NCBI GenBank assembly: GCA_016845105.1
Contig: JAERTF010000154.1
Location: 25,311-89,310, forward strand
Direction of reading: 5' to 3'
From: Bacteroidota bacterium
Lineage (GTDB): Bacteria; Bacteroidota; Bacteroidia; Bacteroidales; F082
DNA: 64,000 nt
Positions 1 to 8,560 of the stretch are shown in pieces. The notes under the pieces are model-generated. The model saw only the letters and a program-made list of their open reading frames with translations. It made no database searches and was not told the origin of the DNA. Both the position numbers and the translations under genes were made by a program. How positions within the stretch are numbered: position 1 is the first letter of the stretch; every line of letters begins with the position of its first letter.

Positions 1-1182
1 CACATTGAGCTTATGGTTTATTAAATTATTTAAAGTTGGGTTGATTTTTTGAGTGAAAGCCTGCTTTCGTGTTTCGATGTCTTTAATTTCAACATATGAA
101 CCATTTGCCGAACTTATATCTCCCCGGTCGTGATAAAGTGTATTAAGCTTAGTATAAGCACTTAATAAATCATTGTATTTCAAATTGTCAGAAAGCTCTT
201 CATGGCTTTTTGCCTGATATGGAATTACAAGGTCAGATTCTTCAGTATAGAATATTGATAATTTTTCACCTCCTAAATTATACCATGGAATGTTCGAGTT
301 TGATTCAGGGAAATCGAAGTTTAGGATTCCAATATAATCAACAACAAGAAGGGAATCAATCAATAAGGATTTTCCTACTTCAGCATAACTAAGGTTAATT
401 GTCTGTAGCTGATTTTTAATTAGCTTTAGCTCATCTATTTCGGATGCTTCCATGTCAATGGAAAAAACGTTGCTTAACTCATTGTTGTTAAACTCATTGT
501 TATATAAACCAATGTTACCAAAATACCCGTTGGCCAGGTTAAGCTGATAATAGGTTTTTTCGCTATCTCGAGATGTAAACTTTGGTTGATTTGCGTCGAA
601 ATTGCAATTGTATAGTTTGAGATTCCTCAATGGCAAATCAATTAATAGTAAAGTAGCGAAACTATTTTGCCTTAGATTAATATTAGCAATAGGCAGTTTA
701 TCTCCAACTAATTTAAAGTCGTCATGAAATATGCAATTTTCGATAAGGACAGATAATTCTCCTATGGGCTCTGTGTCTTCGAATATAATAGGAACTAAAA
801 ACTCACAACCAATAATATTTAATTTCGACAAATGCCAGCCATTAAAAATAAGGGGTGCATTATCAGATAAGTTAAAACTACAATTATAGAAGTAGATCTT
901 TTTTGGTGCTATGTTTTTTTGTTTGATTTCATAAAGACTAAAAAAAACTTTATCGATTAATAGTTCACTGTCGTTATCAGTGGAAACTATCTCAAAATCG
1001 CTCAATACAATTTCAGTTTCTTTCGAATCAAGGAGTTTTGCAACATCAATTAAACTAATAATCTCTTTGGGTTCGATATCAATAACCTCATCTTCAACTA
1101 TTTCTTCGGGCTGAGATAATAGTACACCAGCTGCTAACAATAACACAAACAACAATGTAGCTTTAATTGGATTTGAAGTCAT
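1..1182 (-). CDS. Hypothetical secreted repeat protein; 3-prime end cut by the window edge (394 N-terminal codons present)
   Basis: Absent from the supplied ORF track. Reading + strand triplets from position 1, no in-frame TTA/CTA/TCA occurs up to the CAT at 1180-1182, so the minus strand is open for 394 codons from ATG 1182. The product begins MTSNPIKATLLFVLLLAAGVLLSQ (signal-peptide-like). It has recurring units about 22-25 aa long of type L.L.NC.F (YNCSF, IGCEF, IENCIF, LRQNSF, LYNCNF, LYNNEF). There is a 5-nt gap after the upstream stop. Confidence 0.6.
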   Translation of the reverse strand, partial: MTSNPIKATLLFVLLLAAGVLLSQPEEIVEDEVIDIEPKEIISLIDVAKLLDSKETEIVLSDFEIVSTDNDSELLIDKVFFSLYEIKQKNIAPKKIYFYNCSFNLSDNAPLIFNGWHLSKLNIIGCEFLVPIIFEDTEPIGELSVLIENCIFHDDFKLVGDKLPIANINLRQNSFATLLLIDLPLRNLKLYNCNFDANQPKFTSRDSEKTYYQLNLANGYFGNIGLYNNEFNNNELSNVFSIDMEASEIDELKLIKNQLQTINLSYAEVGKSLLIDSLLVVDYIGILNFDFPESNSNIPWYNLGGEKLSIFYTEESDLVIPYQAKSHEELSDNLKYNDLLSAYTKLNTLYHDRGDISSANGSYVEIKDIETRKQAFTQKINPTLNNLINHKLNV

Positions 1183-1187
1183 GGGAA

Positions 1188-3794
1188 TTAAGATTTTTTT
1201 AGCAATTCCTTTTTCAAATTTAGTTTTTTAACTGAATTGTCGGTGTCGAAGTTAAATAATAAATCGCCAGTATCCTTAAATAGTTTTATTGAATTCATGT
1301 CGAGCCAATGGCTACCCCCTCCAACGTATATTCCGGAAAGTACTTCGACAAGTATATTGCCACTTTTATATTTTACGACACGAATCTTTGCATTGCTATT
1401 GATTTTGATTTTGTCAAGGAATACTGGTTTTTCATTTTGAGTTTTGATAGTAACAATGCCTTTTTCATTTTTAACAAACCTCATGTTTGCCAAATTATCA
1501 TAAATGGCACTCGCATAGGTGCTAAATTTATTATTATATGTATCGAAGGTGTTTTTTATTTCAGAACCCTGTATTTCGATTGTGTTGGCTTTTAGAAGGT
1601 TTAGTGCAGAAAACAATCCAGCGATAGTAGCCTCATATTCTTTTTCCTTAAGTTTAGCATCAGTTTCATAAAGTACCACTGGGATGTCAAGATCGCTACC
1701 CATATTGTAATTTATATAGTCATTGGAATTCATACCCGGTGATGAAAAGAATGAACCCACAACAACTGGGTTTCCTTCCTTATCGATATTTATCCCATAA
1801 TAATCAAAGTCTTCTGACTGACTATAGAGTTTTGCCATTATTTTTTCCCCACCAGGATTAAACTTTACTGCAAACATAAAATCTAGACTATGGTCGAGTT
1901 TATCAATTCCTGCTTTTCTTGCCCATTTGAGTTCACCATCTGTTGTGAAATTAGCAACAAACACATCTGGAGCATCAGTTGCAACTATGGTGGTCTCATT
2001 GAAGCTAAGTTCATTTTCAAAACTTCCGGTTATAAAAAGATCCTTATTTGAATATAATGCTAAGCTGGTAGCAATGTCATTACCCATACCCTCTGCTGAT
2101 CTTACCCATATTGGGTCTAGTTTATCATCAAACTTAGCGATAAACAAATCCCTATCATTATATTTCGATTTCAAAACATGCCCGTTAAAATCAGCCCCTT
2201 CAATAAAATAACCACATACAAAGGAATTTCCATCTGAGTCCATAACAAAGTCAACCAATCGATCCGATTTGTAACCACCATATTCATTGATTTTTTTCCA
2301 AATTTGTTCTGCTTTTTTAGCATCATTAATATCCAATCTAATTGGATAAATTACAGCTTCGTCATCTTTATCAGTAGATAGCACCATTCCAATTGGCGCT
2401 CCATAGTATGTTGGATCGGCAAGTATATATTTATTGTCATTGTATATAAGATAGGTACCTTCAATTTCATCGCTGAGATTAATAGCAGTTGCCATATGAC
2501 CCGGGAACCCAACAGCTATAACTTCTTTTCCTAGTAGAGTTTTAACTAAATATGCAAATAAAACGGACCGATCTTCACAATCAGAGAATTGATAATGTAA
2601 CACTTCATCTGGGAAAAAATACTTTTCAGTTCCATAGGCGTATTGATCAGTTTTGTAGCCAAAAGCCTGTTGCATAAAACTAAGGAGTATGTTTGCCGAC
2701 TCTATATTATTTTTTCCTTCCAACAATGGTTTGAACGCCTTTTTCACCGATTCTTTTGTTCTTTCCCCTACTGCTGAATTGAAGTAAACTACGATGTCTG
2801 ATAATGGAATTGTATTATAAAACTTTATCATCTCCTCATCGTAATCGAGTTTAATGGTATGTTTTTCCTTATTATGGGTGAAATGATAATCTCTGCTTTT
2901 TTTTATGGGATTTGTGTTGAATGGCTTCCAAATAGTAACATCCATAAGAATATCTGCTTCTGAAAAGTCTTTTTCGTAGGTTTGTAATTCTTTCCCTTTA
3001 CCACCCATTACATAATAGTTCATATCATTAAAGTTAATGTAATCTATGTCATACATCTTATAAATTGAGGGTAGTAAGAGGAATAGGCTACTATCGTCAA
3101 AACCAATTTTCGCTTTATATCTACTTCTTGTTAACATTGCCCATTGAAATGCAATTTGCATATTCTCATTTGATGGGTAAATACTCTTGCTACATTCCTT
3201 AATTAACTGATAATAACCCCATTGATTTAAATTTAGAATACTGGAAACTTCATTAACCTGGAAAATAAAATGGTTGTAGTTTGTTTTGGCAAATGCAGAC
3301 CATATATTGCTTATATACTCATCTGATGGAGTCCTGGATTCGATTTTACGAAAATCCTTGTCAAGGTCGAAGTAAAGTGGCCATCCTAGGAATTCAACAT
3401 CGATTCTGTCAACCTCAAAATCCGTAGTTTCGGTTTTCTTAATCCCGGGATAAGCAGGCCCTTGATATGATGTGGGAATAACTCCAACCTCATAATCAAT
3501 TTCATTGCCACTTATTTCTATTTCCAGAACTTCTGGAACAGTATTGGGTTTTTGTTGTTCAGTGAACTCATTATTGGTAACTTTATGAGGTGTAAACCCA
3601 TTCAATAAATATTCAGAAAACTCTTTATCAATTTCATTAACGAAGTTGTCAAATTTCTGCTGGGTTTCTTTCTCAAAAGTATTGTATTCCTCACGAATCT
3701 CTTTTTTGAAATCTTCAAATGTTTGGGCAAATGCTTGTGTGGAAAATACCAATATTGCTACCACCCAGACAAAGGAAAGTGCTGGCCTTTTCAT
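1188..3794 (-). CDS. Secreted multidomain protein: transglutaminase-like Cys-His-Asp core plus C-terminal SBBP-type beta-propeller-like repeats
   Basis: 868-aa ORF with ATG at 3792-3794 and signal peptide MKRPALSFVWVVAILVFSTQAFAQ. FSDCEDRSVLFAYLV (Cys406), GFPGHMATAI (His433) and ILADPTYY (Asp460) sit at 27-residue spacings, as in transglutaminase-like cores. D.dGN..v.G.F repeats follow (DSDGNSFVCGYF, NKDLFITGSF, DKEGNPVVVGSFF). Confidence 0.65.
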   Translation of the reverse strand: MKRPALSFVWVVAILVFSTQAFAQTFEDFKKEIREEYNTFEKETQQKFDNFVNEIDKEFSEYLLNGFTPHKVTNNEFTEQQKPNTVPEVLEIEISGNEIDYEVGVIPTSYQGPAYPGIKKTETTDFEVDRIDVEFLGWPLYFDLDKDFRKIESRTPSDEYISNIWSAFAKTNYNHFIFQVNEVSSILNLNQWGYYQLIKECSKSIYPSNENMQIAFQWAMLTRSRYKAKIGFDDSSLFLLLPSIYKMYDIDYINFNDMNYYVMGGKGKELQTYEKDFSEADILMDVTIWKPFNTNPIKKSRDYHFTHNKEKHTIKLDYDEEMIKFYNTIPLSDIVVYFNSAVGERTKESVKKAFKPLLEGKNNIESANILLSFMQQAFGYKTDQYAYGTEKYFFPDEVLHYQFSDCEDRSVLFAYLVKTLLGKEVIAVGFPGHMATAINLSDEIEGTYLIYNDNKYILADPTYYGAPIGMVLSTDKDDEAVIYPIRLDINDAKKAEQIWKKINEYGGYKSDRLVDFVMDSDGNSFVCGYFIEGADFNGHVLKSKYNDRDLFIAKFDDKLDPIWVRSAEGMGNDIATSLALYSNKDLFITGSFENELSFNETTIVATDAPDVFVANFTTDGELKWARKAGIDKLDHSLDFMFAVKFNPGGEKIMAKLYSQSEDFDYYGINIDKEGNPVVVGSFFSSPGMNSNDYINYNMGSDLDIPVVLYETDAKLKEKEYEATIAGLFSALNLLKANTIEIQGSEIKNTFDTYNNKFSTYASAIYDNLANMRFVKNEKGIVTIKTQNEKPVFLDKIKINSNAKIRVVKYKSGNILVEVLSGIYVGGGSHWLDMNSIKLFKDTGDLLFNFDTDNSVKKLNLKKELLKKS

Positions 3795-3810
3795 ATAAAT
3801 GTGTTGGGGA

Positions 3811-4452
3811 TTAAAAGTCGAGAATTTTATCTAACTGTTCAGATTGAATCTTCATTTTTCCTTTCATCTCTTTCTTTAAAATATCCTTTGCCATAATAAC
3901 CGCCTCTTTATATGAATAGGCAATGGTTACAAATACTTCAGTGTTTTTACCAATTGATTTATCAGCTTCAAATAATGTACTTGTTCTGCCCATCTTTGAG
4001 CCAATAATTGATTTAAAAGTTGCTACTGTTTCTGTAACTGATGCAGCTTCTTCAGAGTTTAATTGAGCATTGGCAATGTTTGTTTCAACTAATCCGGCAA
4101 CTTCTGTACCAATCTGACCAGCAAGATTTACCTTTGCTACTTCATATGCTTGAAGTTTGGCTGCAGAATGTGTTTCGCCAACAGCACGAGCATCTGCCAC
4201 AAACCAAAGCTTGTTTCCCTTGTCATCAGTTTCGTACCTCTTAATCCATGTCGCTTCAATTTGCTTATCCATAGGCATTTGCCCAGGAGCAACTTTAAAA
4301 CCGTCTTTCTTTAGTTTTTTGGCTTCTTTTCTTGCTTGCTTAATTGCCTTGTCTTTAATGTTCTTTTCAATCTGTTTTTCACTTTGGGCAATACTAGGGA
4401 TTGCAATAATTAAGGATAATAACAAAGTAATTGTTGTAAAACTCTTTCTCAT
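3811..4452 (-). CDS. Secreted LPP20-like protein
   Basis: 213 aa with ATG at 4450-4452 and signal peptide MRKSFTTITLLLSLIIAIPSIAQ. A Lys-rich helix is followed by ARAVGETHSAAKLQAYEVAKVNLAGQIGTEV, which fits the A..A...A...LA.QI pattern of LPP20/FlgP-family domains. The family call is by eye only. Confidence 0.55.
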   Translation of the reverse strand: MRKSFTTITLLLSLIIAIPSIAQSEKQIEKNIKDKAIKQARKEAKKLKKDGFKVAPGQMPMDKQIEATWIKRYETDDKGNKLWFVADARAVGETHSAAKLQAYEVAKVNLAGQIGTEVAGLVETNIANAQLNSEEAASVTETVATFKSIIGSKMGRTSTLFEADKSIGKNTEVFVTIAYSYKEAVIMAKDILKKEMKGKMKIQSEQLDKILDF

Positions 4453-4501
4453 ATTATTAGTTTTTTGTGGTTATAATTTTTTATTTGTTATAAATTCACA
4501 C

Positions 4502-4509
4502 CAAATATA
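4502..4509 (-). promoter_or_regulatory. Candidate Bacteroidota -7 box (TATATTTG) for the minus-arm operon
   Basis: The + strand CAAATATA is TATATTTG on the minus strand and matches TAnnTTTG. It lies 49 nt upstream of ATG 4452. Confidence 0.35.
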
Positions 4510-4575
4510 GAAAAAATAACTCTATTGTTATAAAATTAACAATAAAAAATGTAATTTTACATTGAATTAAATGGA

Positions 4576-5310
4576 ATGACAACTTTTATAACTCAAAATT
4601 TTACTTGCCAGCATTGCAATCACAATATGTATACCTATGAATTAGGTTCATATCACGTATATGATTCCGAGGCCTATTCTGATGGTTATGTTGATTATGA
4701 TCCTCCCATATCATTTAATTCACATATCCTTATATGTTCTAATTGTATGCTACCTCTCTGGAGGAGTGAACTGGTTGATGATGAAGTTGATTATAATTCA
4801 ACAGATAGTGAACGGGAACAGAGCATGGATGTTTATGATTTGCCTTTGAGTAAAAAACTAAATTTCTCCAATAATATCGCCAATTACTATCTTGGGATAA
4901 TTAAAGACGGTTTTGCAGATAGCATTGATAAGGAGATATTGTTACGCATTGAAATATGGCATCTCCTAAACAATAACTACAGGTTTGGTAGTCCAAGCGT
5001 GTTCAGTTATATATTACAAGGTAAGTTTAAAATAGCTCTACGGTTATTTAAGGAAGGAAATAGGAATAGTGAAGAAGACAATCTTAACAAGAAACTCTTT
5101 ACAACAAACTTAAAAAGACTAATTGAAATATATAAGCCAGAAAATGATGAGGAAGAGCTATTTTTGGCAGAAATGAATCGTGAGTGTGGAAATTTTAAAA
5201 GAGCAAAGTCGATATTAAAAAAAATCAGCAATTTTGAACAAAATAAATCTTACAGGATAATTAAAAAAGCAATCAAACTAAGAAAAAGTAGAGTAATTAA
5301 ACTAAATTAA
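4576..5310 (+). CDS. Hypothetical cytoplasmic zinc-ribbon protein (CxxC...CxxC) with helical C-terminal half
   Basis: 244 aa with ATG at 4576. It has CQHC at residues 11-14 and CSNC about 40 residues later, and no signal peptide. The C-terminal half is helical and Lys/Glu-rich. Its stop at 5308-5310 is followed by the next ATG at 5312. Confidence 0.7.
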   Translation: MTTFITQNFTCQHCNHNMYTYELGSYHVYDSEAYSDGYVDYDPPISFNSHILICSNCMLPLWRSELVDDEVDYNSTDSEREQSMDVYDLPLSKKLNFSNNIANYYLGIIKDGFADSIDKEILLRIEIWHLLNNNYRFGSPSVFSYILQGKFKIALRLFKEGNRNSEEDNLNKKLFTTNLKRLIEIYKPENDEEELFLAEMNRECGNFKRAKSILKKISNFEQNKSYRIIKKAIKLRKSRVIKLN

Positions 5311-5311
5311 A

Positions 5312-6592
5312 ATGAAATACCTGAGAGTAATTATTGGACTATTTGTAGTGTTTAATTTCAGCTTACTGCATTCACAAAAAGTAGAAAGTTTCATATTAAA
5401 ATCTCCTGAAAAACCTTTTTATAAAATAAAGAAAATAGGTGTTCTTGAGTTTGAGTGTACAAATAATCGTCGAATGAATAGTATTATCACAAATTTCCTT
5501 GTAACTGATTTACTTGATCAGTATAGGGGTATTTATGATAAGGCTAGTAAATATTGGGGGTTGAAAAAAGGTAAGGAGGGGCAAACTTTTGTAAAGGGAG
5601 TTAAAACAGACTTTTATCAAATAATAGAACGAGATCAACTTCAAAAAGTACTAAAGGAGCAAAGACTATCCTTAAGTGGAGCAATTGACGAAAATTCAGC
5701 TGCTGAAGTTGGTAGGTTGCTGGGGCTAGATGTTATAATAATGGGTAATGTAAGCTACAGTAGTGTAGATGAGAAAGGCTCTAGTTTGCTTGGCCTTGCC
5801 AGCTCTTCGGGGTCGAATTGTTTAACACGTAAGGTAAACGCAAAGGGAACCCTTAAGATGGTAAGCGTTGAGACTGCTCAAATAATTGGAACAAAATCAG
5901 CAGAAACTGAATTGAAAATATATAAATGCGATGATCAGCGTTCGGGAATACCTCGCCCGGAAGTAATGGCCGAAACATGTATGAAACAATTGGCCCGTGA
6001 ATTCACTGATTATTTTGCACCCGGATATCAATATATTGAATATGAGTTTGAGAAGATTAAACTAAAGGAGTTTAGATCAAAAGGGAAAGAAGCATTGGGT
6101 TATGTTGAAAATGGCGACTTAGATCGTGCCTTTCCAATTGTTTATGCCATGTTTGAAGCTGATTCATACAATCCTAAAGCAGCATATAACTTGGGTATAT
6201 TATACGAAATGGTTGGCTCATATCCCGATGCACACGAATATTATAATATAGCTTATGACCTTGATTACTCAAATGATAGATATGCACAAGCAGCCAAAAG
6301 GGCTAAAGCAGGAATTGGGCTAAATGAATATCTTGAGGATATTGGTCGCCCTGTAGAACCTTATACATTTACTGGAGGTGGAGCTGCCTTATCCTTGTCT
6401 GATAGGGTTAAAATTAAAGGAAATAGCTCCGATCGAACAAATGTATATGAACTGCCTGATAAAGGATCAAAAGTTGTAGCAAAAGTACCTGGTGACTTGG
6501 AGTTTAATACCATTGAGAAAAATGGTAATTTCTATAAAATACAACTTCGGGGAACAAAAACTGGTTTCGTTCATAAATCGGATGTTAAATAG
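5312..6592 (+). CDS. Secreted CsgG/LpoB-like domain protein with TPR-like segment and C-terminal SH3b-like domain
   Basis: 426 aa with signal peptide MKYLRVIIGLFVVFNFSLLHSQ. IGVLEFECTN...IIERDQLQKVLKEQRLSLSGAIDENSAAEVGRLLGLDVIIMGNV matches the CsgG-family core pattern. AAYNLGILYEMVGSYPDAHEYYNIAY is TPR-like. The C-terminal NVYELPDKGSKVVAKV...FYKIQLRGTKTGFVHKSDV is SH3b-like. Confidence 0.65.
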   Translation: MKYLRVIIGLFVVFNFSLLHSQKVESFILKSPEKPFYKIKKIGVLEFECTNNRRMNSIITNFLVTDLLDQYRGIYDKASKYWGLKKGKEGQTFVKGVKTDFYQIIERDQLQKVLKEQRLSLSGAIDENSAAEVGRLLGLDVIIMGNVSYSSVDEKGSSLLGLASSSGSNCLTRKVNAKGTLKMVSVETAQIIGTKSAETELKIYKCDDQRSGIPRPEVMAETCMKQLAREFTDYFAPGYQYIEYEFEKIKLKEFRSKGKEALGYVENGDLDRAFPIVYAMFEADSYNPKAAYNLGILYEMVGSYPDAHEYYNIAYDLDYSNDRYAQAAKRAKAGIGLNEYLEDIGRPVEPYTFTGGGAALSLSDRVKIKGNSSDRTNVYELPDKGSKVVAKVPGDLEFNTIEKNGNFYKIQLRGTKTGFVHKSDVK

Positions 6593-6646
6593 TTATGCAT
6601 TGAATATCGTTGTATTTAATTCTATTCAAATCCTAAAATTATAATA

Positions 6647-8431
6647 ATGCCAAAGTTAAACACAATAATTACACTTTTACTTGTCGGATTTACACTACAT
6701 GGCTTTTGTCAAAAACCTGCATGGACAGAATATAGCAAAAGAGTTGCAATGTACCCCAAAGGTGAGTATATAACTGGATATATTTCTGGAACAAATACAA
6801 ACAATGAAGAATCAGGAGAATTAAAATCCAAATACGAAACTTTAGCTAAGGATAAAGTAATTCAAAGTATTCATGTAGAAATAGAGACAAATAATAGTCT
6901 TAATATATCGAACATAAATGGAAAGTCAGGTGAGGAATTTCTTTCAAAAAGTGTTTCGTTTTCAAAGGCTGATGTGGCTGGATTGTTAACCTTTAGTTAT
7001 TATGACAGAAAAAGAAAAGAAGTGTATGCCTTTTCATATGTCAATAAAAAAGAGTTGGCTTTCTATTATCGGAATATTATTAAATCGAGCATAGAAAATA
7101 TTGAACAGAAATTAAAACAGGGGAAAGAGTATGTAAAAAAAGGCAATAAGGAAGAAGCTTTGAGAAGTTACTATGAAGCTATGCCTGATATCCAGAAAAT
7201 TGATGAAGCGCGTACACTTTTAATTGCTCTGAATCGAAAGATGTATGCCGACATTAATATTGATGAAATAGTCGCTCTAAATCTCAGTTTAAATAATGAG
7301 ATCTCTACGTTACTCAAACCAAATGATCTGAACTTAAGCGAGACAGCATATTTTATTGCGTATGGATTGTTTTTACAACTTGGAGAAATTCAGGATGAAA
7401 TTATTATTGATGAATTTGGGTATGAAAATACTGGACTTGGCAGTAGTTTCTCAGAAAAATTAAACCAAGAAATTGCCTCAGGTTTAGTAAGTGCTGGTGG
7501 GTATAAGGTAAGTAAGAAAGATAAAAGCAAGATAGTTGTATCTGGCAATTATTGGAAAGAAGGTGAGTTACTTAAGATAAATGCAATTGCATCAAAAAAT
7601 GATAAAATCATAGGGGTATCAAAGGGCAGCCTGCCAATAGAGTGGCTTACTAAAGAAACAATAGACTATATACCTGTGCAAATCCAACTAATGAATAATC
7701 TCAATAACATAAAGTTGAACATTGTAGAATCTCCTGGTTCTATTACACTTGGTATGCCAATAGAAGACCCTGTGATTATTGAAGTGGTAAATCATTCTGT
7801 GGGTAATGGTGTTGATACTAAAGGTATTCCTCTGGAAGTTGTTAGTCTTGAAACTAATTTAGTACTTTGTGGTTGTACGACAGATAAGTTGGGTATCGCA
7901 TCTTGTTATTTACCATCAATACAAACGATAAATCCCATCTTTAAAGTTAAGATATTGATAAATTTATCCGAGTATCTAAACATAGAACGTAGCTCTACTT
8001 ACTTTGTTATAGCATCACAACAAAACCCTGTTTTACCCATTGAGGTTGATCTTATAACACAAAACCCTACAATCTATGTGAGTAGCAGGGAGTTGATTCA
8101 GGGTGAAGAAATGGATATTAAAACTTTAGAGCCATCTCTAAAAGAAATATTGGCAGAAGAGGGTTATAACTTTGTTGAGGATAAAAATGATGCTGATTTT
8201 ATTGTTAATATAAGTGCTAATACTACCACAGGAAGTAAGTATGAAGGTATTTATTTTTCATATCTTGATATAAACCTAACAGTTACTAGTGCTAAAAATA
8301 ATGAAGAGGTATATAGTATCCATTTGGATCAAATAAAGGGCGGCGGTAATAGTTATTTAAAGGCCGGTAAAAAAGCCTATGTAATTGGTGCAAGTAAAAT
8401 TAAAGAACGTATGTCAGAATCAGGTTTGTAG
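6647..8431 (+). CDS. Large secreted protein with N-terminal LPP20-like module and internal TolB_N/FlgO-like module
   Basis: 594 aa with ATG at 6647 and a hydrophobic leader ending LHGFCQ. GYISGTN...SKYETLAKDKVIQSIHVEIE is LPP20-like. DEFGYENTGLGSSFSEKLNQEIASGLVSAGGYKV...VSGNYWKEGELLKINAIASKNDKIIG fits the pattern seen in TolB_N/FlgO/CsgG-like anchors. Confidence 0.55.
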   Translation: MPKLNTIITLLLVGFTLHGFCQKPAWTEYSKRVAMYPKGEYITGYISGTNTNNEESGELKSKYETLAKDKVIQSIHVEIETNNSLNISNINGKSGEEFLSKSVSFSKADVAGLLTFSYYDRKRKEVYAFSYVNKKELAFYYRNIIKSSIENIEQKLKQGKEYVKKGNKEEALRSYYEAMPDIQKIDEARTLLIALNRKMYADINIDEIVALNLSLNNEISTLLKPNDLNLSETAYFIAYGLFLQLGEIQDEIIIDEFGYENTGLGSSFSEKLNQEIASGLVSAGGYKVSKKDKSKIVVSGNYWKEGELLKINAIASKNDKIIGVSKGSLPIEWLTKETIDYIPVQIQLMNNLNNIKLNIVESPGSITLGMPIEDPVIIEVVNHSVGNGVDTKGIPLEVVSLETNLVLCGCTTDKLGIASCYLPSIQTINPIFKVKILINLSEYLNIERSSTYFVIASQQNPVLPIEVDLITQNPTIYVSSRELIQGEEMDIKTLEPSLKEILAEEGYNFVEDKNDADFIVNISANTTTGSKYEGIYFSYLDINLTVTSAKNNEEVYSIHLDQIKGGGNSYLKAGKKAYVIGASKIKERMSESGL

Positions 8432-8560
8432 TTTCTGGTATAGTAGAGCATTAATTTTTACTGATGCAATTTTCATTTGATCTTCTTTTATCAAAGTTTT
8501 TCATGATTGTTCAATTATTGTGAATTTGTATATCTTTATCCATTCATTAATCTTGGTAGA

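Noticed and set aside
210-392. 60-aa + strand ORF from the track.
   Set aside because: It lies entirely inside, and antisense to, the 394-codon open minus-strand frame at 1-1182. It has no leader, motif or promoter box.
4157-4510. 117-aa + strand ORF. The same applies to similar long antisense ORFs in the track (1308-1595, 12728-12979, 32888-33298, 36254-36583, 47730-48014, 52127-52396, 53385-53720 and others).
   Set aside because: Each overlaps a well-supported gene with clear family motifs on the other strand. Their products are low-complexity and Ser/Leu/Phe-rich, as expected from antisense reading of AT-rich coding DNA. I treat them as shadow ORFs.
8507-8560. Longer N-terminal versions given by the ORF track (8507, 15664, 34181, 54479, 57155, 62434, 63729).
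   Set aside because: Three begin at TTG (8507, 15664, 62434), 63729 adds a single TTG codon directly before the ATG, and 34181, 54479 and 57155 are upstream ATGs. All add residues ahead of a downstream ATG that gives a canonical N-terminus: a signal peptide, MKFGG, MSLEIT, MLERIKE, MSKIRIAING, MRIFVLL or MANSKLNV. I preferred the ATG starts.
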